A DNA stretch of 58,974 bases from a bacterium (GCA_030699565.1 JAUYLV010000053.1:1-58974), one strand, 5' to 3'; shown: positions 17,730 to 26,336, counted from the stretch's first letter. Notes: generated from the sequence alone by a model not told the origin. A program made the numbers and translations.

Positions 17730-19169
17730 ATGAAGCAGCGCAAGACGGCATATCTTATCGGTATCAAGGGGGTCGGCATGACCGCATTGGCGCAATTGCT
17801 TCAAGCGCGAGGTTTTAACGTCTCCGGATCCGATATGCCCGAAACATTTTTCACGGATGCGGTGCTCAAGCGGCATGGTATTAAGGTCTACGAAGGATTC
17901 AATGCCGGACGCATTGCGGGGCTGGTGAGAGGCGATCGGCAGTCGGCAGCCGGCGATATCATGCTGATCGCTTCTTCGGCATATACGGATAAAAATCCCG
18001 AAGTTGCCGAAGCAAAAAAACTAAAGCGCAAAGTCCATTCCTATGCCGAGGCGCTTTCCCTGCTTTTTAATCAGCGGCATGGCATAGCCGTATGCGGTTC
18101 CCATGGAAAGACGACGATATCGGCGCTCTTAGGATACGTGTTTAGGAGCGCGGGGTTTAAACCCACCGTTGTCGTGGGGTCCGAAGTCCCTCAGTTCGGC
18201 GGAAACAATATTGCGGGCGACGGTAGGTATTTTATTGCCGAACTCGACGAATACCAGAATAAGCTTCGGCATTTCAAGCCTGACGCGGCGCTTTTGACGA
18301 GCATCGATTATGATCATCCGGACTTTTTTAAAACGCGACGTGCCTATCGGAATGTTTTCAATGAATTCATTGCGCGTCTTGGGCGCAACGGGTTATTGGT
18401 AGCTTGCGCCGACGATCTAGAGGTGCGCAATGCGGCCAAGAAGTCAAAGGCAAAAATAATCTGGTATGGTATCGCGGAAAACGGATCCCTCCCACCCGCA
18501 AGTCCGTTCTGGACCGGACGCGCCATCCGCGTCATTCGCGGCCGCTGGCAATTCGATGCGTATCGGGGCGATAAAAAATTTGGATCGTTCGGGCTGCGCC
18601 TCGCCGGACGCCATAACGTGCAGAATGCGTTGGGCGTCATCGCATTGGCGCATGCATACGGCATTAAGCGAGCGGTACTACGAAAGGCCTTGGCGGCGTT
18701 TAGCGGCACGCGCAGACGGTTCGAATATATCGGAACCTATCGGGGCGCGGTCCTGATCGATGACTACGCGCATCATCCGACCGAAATCCGCTCGACGCTT
18801 GCCGCCGCGCGGGAGCTTTTTGCGGGCAAGCGCATCGTTGCGGTATTCCATCCGCATACGTATACGCGCACCAAGGCGCTTCTGAAGGAATTTGCCCGGT
18901 CATTTGCGGATGCGGATGCGGTGATCGTGTTGGATATTTACGGCTCGGCTCGGGAGAAGATCGGCGGCGTCTCAAGCGGGGACTTGGTTAAAATAGCCGC
19001 CAAGCATCATGCTGCCGTTCGTCATATTCCCACGATCGCAAAAACCATTGCGTATCTGAAAAAAGCATTGCACTCTGATGATGTGGTCATTGCGTTGGGT
19101 GCGGGGGATGTATGGAAGGTGGTGAGTACATTGGCAAAATTCAAACATCGTGGCGGAGTCATCCGTTGA
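17730..19169 (+). CDS. murC: UDP-N-acetylmuramate--L-alanine ligase
   Basis: 479 aa. GIKGVGMTALAQLL N-terminus and ATP-binding GSHGKTT. Confidence 0.9.
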   Translation: MKQRKTAYLIGIKGVGMTALAQLLQARGFNVSGSDMPETFFTDAVLKRHGIKVYEGFNAGRIAGLVRGDRQSAAGDIMLIASSAYTDKNPEVAEAKKLKRKVHSYAEALSLLFNQRHGIAVCGSHGKTTISALLGYVFRSAGFKPTVVVGSEVPQFGGNNIAGDGRYFIAELDEYQNKLRHFKPDAALLTSIDYDHPDFFKTRRAYRNVFNEFIARLGRNGLLVACADDLEVRNAAKKSKAKIIWYGIAENGSLPPASPFWTGRAIRVIRGRWQFDAYRGDKKFGSFGLRLAGRHNVQNALGVIALAHAYGIKRAVLRKALAAFSGTRRRFEYIGTYRGAVLIDDYAHHPTEIRSTLAAARELFAGKRIVAVFHPHTYTRTKALLKEFARSFADADAVIVLDIYGSAREKIGGVSSGDLVKIAAKHHAAVRHIPTIAKTIAYLKKALHSDDVVIALGAGDVWKVVSTLAKFKHRGGVIR

Positions 19170-19202
19170 CGTTATACAAAAGTCATTTACACTAAATACG
19201 TT

Positions 19203-19622
19203 ATGAATCGTTTCAGCTTACGGTATCGAAAATTATGCGGCACCAGCGTGGTATTACTCATCGTCAGCATGACGATGTATTCAATGGTTAATGCCGCGGG
19301 TGATACCGCCGGGTCCGAAGCGTCGGGACCCTTGGCATGTACCATCCTTTCAAATATGTGCGCCAATGAAGCGGCCGGATTTTGTAATGCCCTTATCAGT
19401 CGCCAGTGCGGAGCCATGGAGCCGTCTCCTTGGACGGATCTTGAGTCGGGAGAGCGGGCGACGTTTTTTTATGCGTTAGCTTTCATATTCCTTGCGGTGG
19501 CGTGGCTGGCGCAAAATGTGTCTGGCGGTTCTTTCGGCCCATCGCATGCACCGGGGGGACGGGCGACCATGCGACATAGGCCGGGGTTGCTTTCGCATAA
19601 TCTGGTTGCCATGCGATGCTGA
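19203..19622 (+). CDS. Possible Cys-rich secreted/membrane protein
   Basis: Signal-like VVLLIVSMTMYSMVNA, four Cys in CTILSNMCANEAAGFCNALISRQC, and a later TM segment. No SD seen. Confidence 0.3.
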   Translation: MNRFSLRYRKLCGTSVVLLIVSMTMYSMVNAAGDTAGSEASGPLACTILSNMCANEAAGFCNALISRQCGAMEPSPWTDLESGERATFFYALAFIFLAVAWLAQNVSGGSFGPSHAPGGRATMRHRPGLLSHNLVAMRC

Positions 19623-19675
19623 CATGTGACCTCTGTTGCGGTTCTCATATAATCTTAATCTTTTCTATCCAATCT

Positions 19676-20503
19676 ATGACAGTACATGATGATATAAAAA
19701 AAGTTGAACAAGAGCTTAACGAGTTGAAGCGGCAAGCGTCGATGGAAGGCGTGCGCGTCGAGGAAGTCCATGAAGACGTGCATCGCATGGCTGTCGCTCC
19801 GAAGCAATCATGGATGCTTCCGGCAGCGATCGTCTTTGCGGCGCTCGTGCTGGGGGGAGCCATCGTATTCAGGGGCGGAGGATTGGGAACCAGCCTACTT
19901 GCGGGTGCGCAGAATCCGGGAGCTACGCTTGCACCGGCTGCACCCCAAGCGCCGCAAGCGCCGGCAGCACGGCAAGACGTAACCTGGGGCAATACGCCGA
20001 TCGTGAACAAGAATGCCAAAGTTGCGCTTATTGAATTCGGGGATTTCCAGTGTCCATTCTGCGGAAGGTTCTTTTCCGACACGTGGCCGCAGATCAAAAA
20101 GGAATATATCGATTCCGGAAAGGTGGCCTATCAGCATCGGGATTACCCTTTGCCGTTCCATCAATTTGCGCAAAAATCTCATGAAGCATCCCGCTGCGCG
20201 CTTGAGCAATCGGAGCAGAAGTACTGGGAATTGCACGACTGGATGTATCTGAATCAGACCACGCTCGACGTTCCCCAGCTGAAAAATGCCGCCAAGACCA
20301 TCGGGTTGAATACTTCGAAATTCGACCAGTGTCTTGATTCGGGCAAGCATGCTGCCGCGGTAAAAGCGGATTACGATGCCGGTTCTTCTTATGGAGTTTC
20401 GGGAACGCCATCGTTCTTCGTCAACGGAGAGATTGTGGTCGGCGCACAGCCGTTTTCGACGTTCAAACAGAAATTGGACGCCGCATTGGCGGCAGCAAAA
20501 TAA
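19676..20503 (+). CDS. DsbA-like thiol:disulfide oxidoreductase, membrane-anchored
   Basis: Thioredoxin-fold CxxC motif GDFQCPFCGRF and an N-terminal TM. Start chosen at MTVHDDIKK. Confidence 0.8.
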   Translation: MTVHDDIKKVEQELNELKRQASMEGVRVEEVHEDVHRMAVAPKQSWMLPAAIVFAALVLGGAIVFRGGGLGTSLLAGAQNPGATLAPAAPQAPQAPAARQDVTWGNTPIVNKNAKVALIEFGDFQCPFCGRFFSDTWPQIKKEYIDSGKVAYQHRDYPLPFHQFAQKSHEASRCALEQSEQKYWELHDWMYLNQTTLDVPQLKNAAKTIGLNTSKFDQCLDSGKHAAAVKADYDAGSSYGVSGTPSFFVNGEIVVGAQPFSTFKQKLDAALAAAK

Positions 20504-20526
20504 CACAGCATTGCGATTACAGACAA

Positions 20527-20570
20527 GACGATCGCTATATCCTTGCGATATGGCGATCGTCGGCCTTTTT
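20527..20570 (+). terminator. Intrinsic terminator after the DsbA-like gene
   Basis: GACGATCGCTATATC-CTTGC-GATATGGCGATCGTC (15 bp including one G.U), followed by GGCCTTTTT. Confidence 0.65.
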
Positions 20571-20614
20571 GGGAGAAAGCACTGCTTGCGTTAATTCGTA
20601 TTATTGCAAACGCT

Positions 20615-21121
20615 ATGAAAAAAATTTGGATCGGTATTGTTATCGTTATCATTGCCGGTGTGGCTGCGTATGCTTTTTGGCAGCCGCAACCGCAACACAC
20701 GCCATCGCCAACCGCATTAAACGCCATGATTGAGGAGACGCCTACGGCGTCACCCGCGCCAAGCGAAGCGCCTCTGGCGAGTATAGAGCCGTCCGGTACG
20801 GCAATGCCTTCCCCTACGCCTAAACCAACGGATACACCGCAGACGGGAATTAAGGAGTTCACCGTCACGGCTCGGCAATTTTCATTCGAACCCGGAACGA
20901 TTCGCGTTAACGTTGGCGACCGCGTGAAGTTGCGCGTTACCAGTATCGATGTCGAACATGGCTTGGCCATTCCCGAATTTAGCGTCAACGAACAGTTGCC
21001 GCCCAATACGGAGCGCGTAGTAGAATTCACTGCCGATAAAGCGGGAACCTTCACCATCTTCTGTTCGGTATTCTGCGGTTCAGGGCACGGGTCAATGCGG
21101 GGCACGCTCATCGTCGAATAA
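20615..21121 (+). CDS. Membrane-anchored cupredoxin-domain protein (COX2/CuA-like)
   Basis: DVEHGLAIPEF ... FCSVFCGSGHGSMRG gives an H...CxxxCxxxHxxM ligand pattern. Start chosen at MKKIWIGIVIVII. Confidence 0.7.
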   Translation: MKKIWIGIVIVIIAGVAAYAFWQPQPQHTPSPTALNAMIEETPTASPAPSEAPLASIEPSGTAMPSPTPKPTDTPQTGIKEFTVTARQFSFEPGTIRVNVGDRVKLRVTSIDVEHGLAIPEFSVNEQLPPNTERVVEFTADKAGTFTIFCSVFCGSGHGSMRGTLIVE

Positions 21122-21156
21122 TAGCGGTGCGTAGGCAGGGGCTGATAAAACGTTTT

Positions 21157-21196
21157 GCAGCGGCTAACCTGCCATAGGCGGCAGGTTAGCCGCTGC
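21157..21196. other. 17-bp perfect hairpin between the cupredoxin and HMA genes
   Basis: GCAGCGGCTAACCTGCC-ATAGGC-GGCAGGTTAGCCGCTGC. No T-run follows. Confidence 0.8.
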
Positions 21197-21209
21197 CATT
21201 CTCATATCT

Positions 21210-21428
21210 ATGAAGTCCATTCTGAAAATTCAGGGTATGCATAGCGCTTCGTGCAAAGCGCTGATCGAAGATGTCGCCTCCGAAATTCCCGGCATTCAAT
21301 ATGCCAAGGTAGACGTCGAGGGTGGTGTGGCGGAAGTGGTTTATGACGAATCCGATGCCGTCGAGCGCCTGCGCAAAGAGATCGATGATCTTGGCGAGTA
21401 CCGGGTTATCTCTGTTGAGAGTGCATAG
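21210..21428 (+). CDS. Heavy-metal-associated (HMA) domain protein with a variant metal motif
   Basis: 72 aa with a ferredoxin-like HMA pattern. The motif is GMHSASC instead of GMTCxxC. Confidence 0.65.
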   Translation: MKSILKIQGMHSASCKALIEDVASEIPGIQYAKVDVEGGVAEVVYDESDAVERLRKEIDDLGEYRVISVESA

Positions 21429-21465
21429 AAAAAGTTTCTATCGGGAAAATCACTTCTGGAGACTC

Positions 21466-21494
21466 TTGCAGATTTAAGGATATTCCGCTAGAAT
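21466..21494 (+). promoter_or_regulatory. Sigma70-type promoter, probably giving a leaderless or near-leaderless mRNA
   Basis: TTGCAG, 17-nt spacer, TAGAAT. Only 9 nt separate the -10 box from the ATG at 21504, and there is no SD. Confidence 0.5.
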
Positions 21495-21503
21495 AGCATT
21501 CGT

Positions 21504-22157
21504 ATGTCGGATAACGAGCAAAATAAGGAACAGCAGGAATTGTCGCGCTATGAGCGCAAGCGGCTGGAGCGGGATGAAAAAGAACAAAACCGCCAGCGCG
21601 CGATCCGAGCGCGGAAAATTCGCAGTTATCTTGCCTGGTCGCTGGTGCCGATCGTTTTTTTCGGTCTGATCGGGTTGTGGGTACGCTCGGCAAACAAAAA
21701 ATCTGCCGAGGTCGAATCGAATCTTCATGCCGAAACGTTTGCAAGCGAAGGCCAGGAGCATGTGACGGAAGTATCGCTTGACGACTACAAAACGGTGCCG
21801 CCGACCTCCGGCCCACATTATGCGCAACAGACCAATTGGGGCAATCATGTCGAATCCGTTCCGGAAGGATATCAGATCCACAATCTGGAACACGGCGGCG
21901 TCATTATCCACTATAAGCCGGATCTCGATACTTCAATTGTCGACAAGCTTAAAGCCATTGGAGAGCGCTATAACTGGTCGAAGATCATTGTGCATCCGTA
22001 CCCTGCGCTTGATACGAACATTGCGCTAACGGCTTGGACAAAACTTGATAAATTCGGTGAATATGACGAGGAGCGCATCTTGGCGTTCATCGAAGCGTTC
22101 CGCAACCATGGTCCCGAAAACGTTCCCGACAACATGCAGTCGGTGCAATTGCCATAA
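21504..22157 (+). CDS. DUF3105-domain membrane-anchored protein
   Basis: 217 aa. PPTSGPHY and NLEHGGVIIHYKP motifs as I recall them for DUF3105, plus an N-terminal TM. Confidence 0.6.
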   Translation: MSDNEQNKEQQELSRYERKRLERDEKEQNRQRAIRARKIRSYLAWSLVPIVFFGLIGLWVRSANKKSAEVESNLHAETFASEGQEHVTEVSLDDYKTVPPTSGPHYAQQTNWGNHVESVPEGYQIHNLEHGGVIIHYKPDLDTSIVDKLKAIGERYNWSKIIVHPYPALDTNIALTAWTKLDKFGEYDEERILAFIEAFRNHGPENVPDNMQSVQLP

Positions 22158-22204
22158 CGAGGCGAGTAACCAGTAACTCGTAACGTATAACGAATAATGC
22201 GCTC

Positions 22205-22234
22205 GTCATTCCCGCGAAGGCGGGAATCTTTTTT
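22205..22234 (+). terminator. Intrinsic terminator built from a GTCATTCCCGC module
   Basis: GTCATTCCCGC-GAAG-GCGGGAATC followed by TTTTTT. Confidence 0.7.
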
Positions 22235-22266
22235 AATACTTGAATATACGGTTGATTTCCACTATC

Positions 22267-22980
22267 ATGAGGATCATGCGCGATGTTATTGTCATCCCCA
22301 CCTATAATGAACGCGAATCGATCGCGGGCTTATTGGAAGCCGTGTTCGCGGCAGTGCCGGCGGCGCACGTGCTGGTGATCGACGATTCTTCGCCCGATGG
22401 CACCGCGAAAATCGTAGTAGATCTGCGTATGCGCTATCCGCAGCTTGATCTTTTGGTTCGACCAAAAAAAAGCGGTCTTGGCAGCGCTTATATCGAAACG
22501 TTCAAGAGGCTTGTCGGCGACGATACCATTCGAACGATTACCACGATGGATGCCGACTGGTCGCATAATCCGGCATATTTGCCCCGGCTTTTCGGCGAAC
22601 ACGACAATGGCTACGATGTCGTTATTGGATCGCGATACATTGCGGGAGGCGGCGTACCGCGCTGGGAGGCCTGGCGCCGCTTTTTATCGTTCGGGGGAAA
22701 TATGTATGCGCGGCTTGTGACCGGTGCGCCCATCCGTGACCTTACGGCGGGATTCGTATCGTTCCGTCGCCAGTTGCTTGCACGGATGGATTTGGATCGG
22801 ATCAGTTCCGAAGGATATGCATATACGATCGAATCAAAGTGTCTGGCGCATCGCGCCGGAGCGCGCATTAAGGAAATTCCGATTATATTCGAGGAGCGCC
22901 GGGGAGGTGAGTCGAAGCTTTCGCGGCATATCATTCGCGAAGGCATCATGGCGCCTTTGCGCATACGGCTCCGTTTCTAG
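22267..22980 (+). CDS. GT2 polyprenol-phosphate mannosyl/glycosyltransferase
   Basis: VIPTYNERESI and VIDDSSPDGT motifs. The start is uncertain (22267 or 22276). Confidence 0.8.
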   Translation: MRIMRDVIVIPTYNERESIAGLLEAVFAAVPAAHVLVIDDSSPDGTAKIVVDLRMRYPQLDLLVRPKKSGLGSAYIETFKRLVGDDTIRTITTMDADWSHNPAYLPRLFGEHDNGYDVVIGSRYIAGGGVPRWEAWRRFLSFGGNMYARLVTGAPIRDLTAGFVSFRRQLLARMDLDRISSEGYAYTIESKCLAHRAGARIKEIPIIFEERRGGESKLSRHIIREGIMAPLRIRLRF

Positions 22981-23056
22981 GCTCTGTTGAAAAATAACTT
23001 CAGCATCTCGCCTTCATCTTCACCCCATCTCGCGAACTTATTTTCCAACAGAGCCT
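22979..23056. mobile_element. MITE-like element, family B, short copy
   Basis: Arms AGGCTCTGTTGAAAAATAACTT / AACTTATTTTCCAACAGAGCCT. The interior matches one end of the 181-bp copy at 29731-29911 in opposite orientation. Confidence 0.7.
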
Positions 23057-23073
23057 TAAAAAACTTTCCGAAA

Positions 23074-23943
23074 ATGCCAACGTGTTTAGCCTGCCGGGGC
23101 GCCGGAGCATTCTACGCAAAAAAAAACGGCTACAACGTGTACCGGTGCGATGCCTGCCGGTCGCTTTTTGTTTTCCCCATGCCTTCCATCGCCGAAATCG
23201 CTGCGGTCTATGATACGGCGGAATATTTTTTTGGCGGCAGCGCGCATGGCGGCTATGCGAATTACGACGAAGATAAAGAGCCGATGCGTAAAACATTCTT
23301 AAACATCCTCGGGCTTTTAAAAGGATATGCGGGTGGAACGCAAACGCTTCTGGACGTTGGAGCCGCAACGGGATATTTCGTGGCTTTGGCGCGTCAGAAT
23401 GGCTGGGATGCCTCGGGTATTGAACTTTCCTCGCATGCCGTGGAAATTGCGCATAAAAAAAACATTCCCGTAACGCAGGGAGCGCTTGTATCGGCTGCGC
23501 TTGGCGGATCGTATGATGTAGTGACATTATGGGATGTCATAGAGCACGTTCCCGATCCCGATCAAAATCTTGATGTAGTTTTCCGGCTATTAAAGCCCGG
23601 AGGCGTTGCGGCATTTATTACTCCAAAGGCGGATGCGTGGTGGGCGCGCCTTATGGGGCCGCGTTGGCACTTACTTGTTCCGCCCGAGCATCTTGCCTGT
23701 TTTACGACCTCGGCAATGCGAATCATGCTTGCACGGCACGGTCTTGATGTCGTCGGCGTCCGCTCGGTGGCCAAGCGGTTTACGCTTCCGTATATTTTGC
23801 ATACGGCCGCAAATTGGCTGTCCGTGCCCATGCTGCGTTCTGCCGCCAATGCGGCAAAAAAATGGCCATGGGCGGGCACTGCGGCCATTCCGCTCAACTT
23901 TCACGACAATATGCTGGTCATTGCCCAAAAGAACCGCTCATGA
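23074..23943 (+). CDS. Class I SAM-dependent methyltransferase with an N-terminal zinc ribbon
   Basis: MPTCLACRG...YRCDACRS, then LLDVGAATGYFV (motif I). The upstream 29 codons of the ORF are repeat-derived. Confidence 0.75.
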   Translation: MPTCLACRGAGAFYAKKNGYNVYRCDACRSLFVFPMPSIAEIAAVYDTAEYFFGGSAHGGYANYDEDKEPMRKTFLNILGLLKGYAGGTQTLLDVGAATGYFVALARQNGWDASGIELSSHAVEIAHKKNIPVTQGALVSAALGGSYDVVTLWDVIEHVPDPDQNLDVVFRLLKPGGVAAFITPKADAWWARLMGPRWHLLVPPEHLACFTTSAMRIMLARHGLDVVGVRSVAKRFTLPYILHTAANWLSVPMLRSAANAAKKWPWAGTAAIPLNFHDNMLVIAQKNRS

Positions 23944-25676
23944 ATAAAAAAGATCTCCTCATTATTCCCATCAGTCTTGTATTTGCGGCGCTTATGCTTT
24001 TGCCGCATTTGCTTATGGTCCGGTCGCTTGGAGCCGACTACGGCGGTATTCGGCACTTTGTCGATGACGATGCGGCATATTATGTTGCACGCGTTCAGGA
24101 CGTGCTCGATGGCCATTGGTTCCTGGGTAATCCGTATCTAGCCGAACACAAGGCCAAGCCGTCCATGCAATTCTTTTTTCCGGATTGGATTGCGGCATTG
24201 CCGTCCTGGCTTTTCGGCGTCGGAGCTCCCGCGGGCGTTTTCTGGTCTACGCTGTTTTGGATCCCGGTCTTGGCGTCTCTTGCCTATGCGGGCATGCGCA
24301 TACTCACCGGTTCCCGCTTTTGGGCCTATGCCGGAACGATCGGGTTGCTTGCCGGACCGTTTTTGCGGTATTGGAACCGTCCGGTTAGTCCGCAGACAAT
24401 GCTGCCTTTTTGGTTCTTATTTTTTATCGTGATGGCATTATGGATGCGGCGGCTCGCTAATGCTTCAGATAACGGCAACGAACGCGCCGGATGGTATCCG
24501 GTTTTGGCGATGACAGCTTTTGGTTCGCTGTTTTACGTATATCCCTACGGGTGGACATTTTTTACGATCGTACTTTGCCTTTTAATGGCTGCCTCGATCG
24601 TGCGGATTTTTCCGATGCGTCCCAAGGCTATACTCATGGTATTGGTGGGAGGATGCCTGCTCGGAAGCTTTTACTTTCTTACGATATTTAAGGCTGCGGG
24701 ACTTCCCGAATATGGCCAGTCCCTTACGCGTCTTGGGCTCATCGACACGCATTTTCCTTCCGGTATCCGAATCGTCGTCCCGGCAATAACACTTCTTGCC
24801 GTATATGGATTCGCCTTGTGGAAGCGGTGGATGCCGTGGAATGCGGCAACCGCTTTTGTGGTGAGTGGATTTTTCGGGCTCGTGATCGCGGTGAACCAGC
24901 ATATTATCACCGGAAAGAATCTTGAATTCTCAAGCCATTATATCGATACATCTCGTATATGGACCATGATCGGGGCTGCGTATTTTTTTGCGGCATGGGA
25001 AGCGCGCGTACGCAGCGTGCGTACGTTCCGGATTATTGCGGTGGTTGTGATGATCGCAATATTTATGCCGATGGCGCGGAATATTATGCGCCAAACCGTC
25101 TCGGGCGTGTCGGGTACGGTTCATCTCCAGCGATACAGCCAGGTTTTGGACACGTTGAAGGATCGTGTCATGCCCGATCAGGTGGTTTTTGCCGGCGATG
25201 AGTTGTCGCTGCTCATTCCCATGTATACATCGGCGAATATTTATTACGACCGACACGCAAACCTTTTTTTCATATCCGACCATGAAGTCGAGGAGCGATT
25301 CCTTGCTCAGCATTATTTTGACAATATCGACGAGAAATTTCTGAAGATGTACGAGCGCAGTATCTGGGGTGTGCGATATATCGATCAGGCGGGGCATATA
25401 CGTCAGCGTAATAAATTGTTTTCGCTGTTCGGGCTTGAGCCGCTTCCGGTGCCCGATGTTCCGCAAGAAGAAATCGATCGCATGCTTGCGCGATCGGCGG
25501 GGGTGAAGGCGGTGGATTTTGGGGATGCGGTGAAGCAATACCGGGCCGATTGGCTGGTATGGGATACAGTACGAGATCCACACTGGCAGGGAATCGAGGC
25601 GATGCCTTTTCTGGAGCTTGCCACAACCGTTGGAGATTTTCGCATTTACCGTGTCAAACTGGCGCCGACCGAATAA
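23940..25676 (+). CDS. Large polytopic membrane protein, possibly a GT-C type glycosyltransferase
   Basis: 578 aa. The ATG overlaps the methyltransferase stop (ATGA). More than 10 predicted TM helices. The function is inferred only from its neighbours. Confidence 0.5.
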   Translation: MNKKDLLIIPISLVFAALMLLPHLLMVRSLGADYGGIRHFVDDDAAYYVARVQDVLDGHWFLGNPYLAEHKAKPSMQFFFPDWIAALPSWLFGVGAPAGVFWSTLFWIPVLASLAYAGMRILTGSRFWAYAGTIGLLAGPFLRYWNRPVSPQTMLPFWFLFFIVMALWMRRLANASDNGNERAGWYPVLAMTAFGSLFYVYPYGWTFFTIVLCLLMAASIVRIFPMRPKAILMVLVGGCLLGSFYFLTIFKAAGLPEYGQSLTRLGLIDTHFPSGIRIVVPAITLLAVYGFALWKRWMPWNAATAFVVSGFFGLVIAVNQHIITGKNLEFSSHYIDTSRIWTMIGAAYFFAAWEARVRSVRTFRIIAVVVMIAIFMPMARNIMRQTVSGVSGTVHLQRYSQVLDTLKDRVMPDQVVFAGDELSLLIPMYTSANIYYDRHANLFFISDHEVEERFLAQHYFDNIDEKFLKMYERSIWGVRYIDQAGHIRQRNKLFSLFGLEPLPVPDVPQEEIDRMLARSAGVKAVDFGDAVKQYRADWLVWDTVRDPHWQGIEAMPFLELATTVGDFRIYRVKLAPTE

Positions 25677-25726
25677 ATTTATTTTGCCGATTCTCGATAT
25701 TTTCTATCCACATATCACCAATTTCT

Positions 25727-25749
25727 AAGTTGACTAATTTAGTCAACTT
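25727..25749. promoter_or_regulatory. IscR-type operator O1 (perfect 11-1-11 palindrome) overlapping a TTGACT-17-GATAAT promoter
   Basis: AAGTTGACTAA-T-TTAGTCAACTT. -35 TTGACT at 25730-25735 and -10 GATAAT at 25753-25758. Confidence 0.65.
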
Positions 25750-25761
25750 TAAGATAATGGT

Positions 25762-25787
25762 GTCATTCCTGCCTTCGCGGGAATGAC
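25762..25787. repeat. GTCATTCC..GGAATGAC hairpin module
   Basis: GTCATTCCTGCCTTCGCGGGAATGAC, between operator O1 and the regulator ATG. Confidence 0.7.
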
Positions 25788-25824
25788 AAACGATACAGCA
25801 ATCCATTATCCTCACGCAGCAATC

Positions 25825-26244
25825 ATGAAAATAAGCACTAAAGGATTTTATGCGGTCGAGATACTGCAGGCGCTTGCCGCCTGGCCGCATCGCGCCGGGA
25901 AGCGAGAAGCAAATAATCTTCCCATGACGCTTGCCGATATCGAAGACGGACTGAAAATTCCCCGCGATTATGCCGAGCGAATTTTATTGCGCCTTAAGCG
26001 CGCGGGCATCACGGGAAGCCTGCGGGGAAACGCCGGAGGGGTATGCCTTGCAAAAAAGAACCGCGACATATCGCTTGCCGATGTGTTTGCGGCAGTGGGG
26101 GAGGATATCGCCCCGTGGCGGGCGGCGGCTCCGAAGAAGAACGCAAAGCGACCTATGATCTGCCCCGCGCATCCCGTCTGGCGAAAACTCTACGAGCATA
26201 ACGCGCAATTTTTAAAGCGCACAACGCTTGCGGATTTTATGTGA
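25825..26244 (+). CDS. Rrf2-family transcriptional regulator (IscR-like)
   Basis: 139 aa starting MKISTKGFYAVEIL. Winged-HTH region and GGVCLAK wing. C113-P-A-H116 aligns with IscR C104/H107. Confidence 0.8.
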   Translation: MKISTKGFYAVEILQALAAWPHRAGKREANNLPMTLADIEDGLKIPRDYAERILLRLKRAGITGSLRGNAGGVCLAKKNRDISLADVFAAVGEDIAPWRAAAPKKNAKRPMICPAHPVWRKLYEHNAQFLKRTTLADFM

Positions 26245-26280
26245 GGGGTGGGATTTTACATGATCCGTAGCTGCCACGCC

Positions 26281-26309
26281 TCAAAGTTGACTAAATTAGT
26301 CAACTTTGA
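26281..26309. promoter_or_regulatory. IscR-type operator O2 (perfect 14-1-14 palindrome)
   Basis: TCAAAGTTGACTAA-A-TTAGTCAACTTTGA. It ends 27 nt upstream of the ATG at 26337. Confidence 0.65.
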
Positions 26310-26336
26310 AGGATCGGCCGTATAGGACGGTCTTTT

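Noticed and set aside
22987-23073. N-terminal extensions of ORFs that read through repeat elements (22987, 25783, 16274, 23814, 45109, 37498, 10732)
   Set aside because: The extra codons are translations of MITE/hairpin repeats or overlap the upstream gene. Internal ATG or GTG starts give N-termini that match the family consensus.
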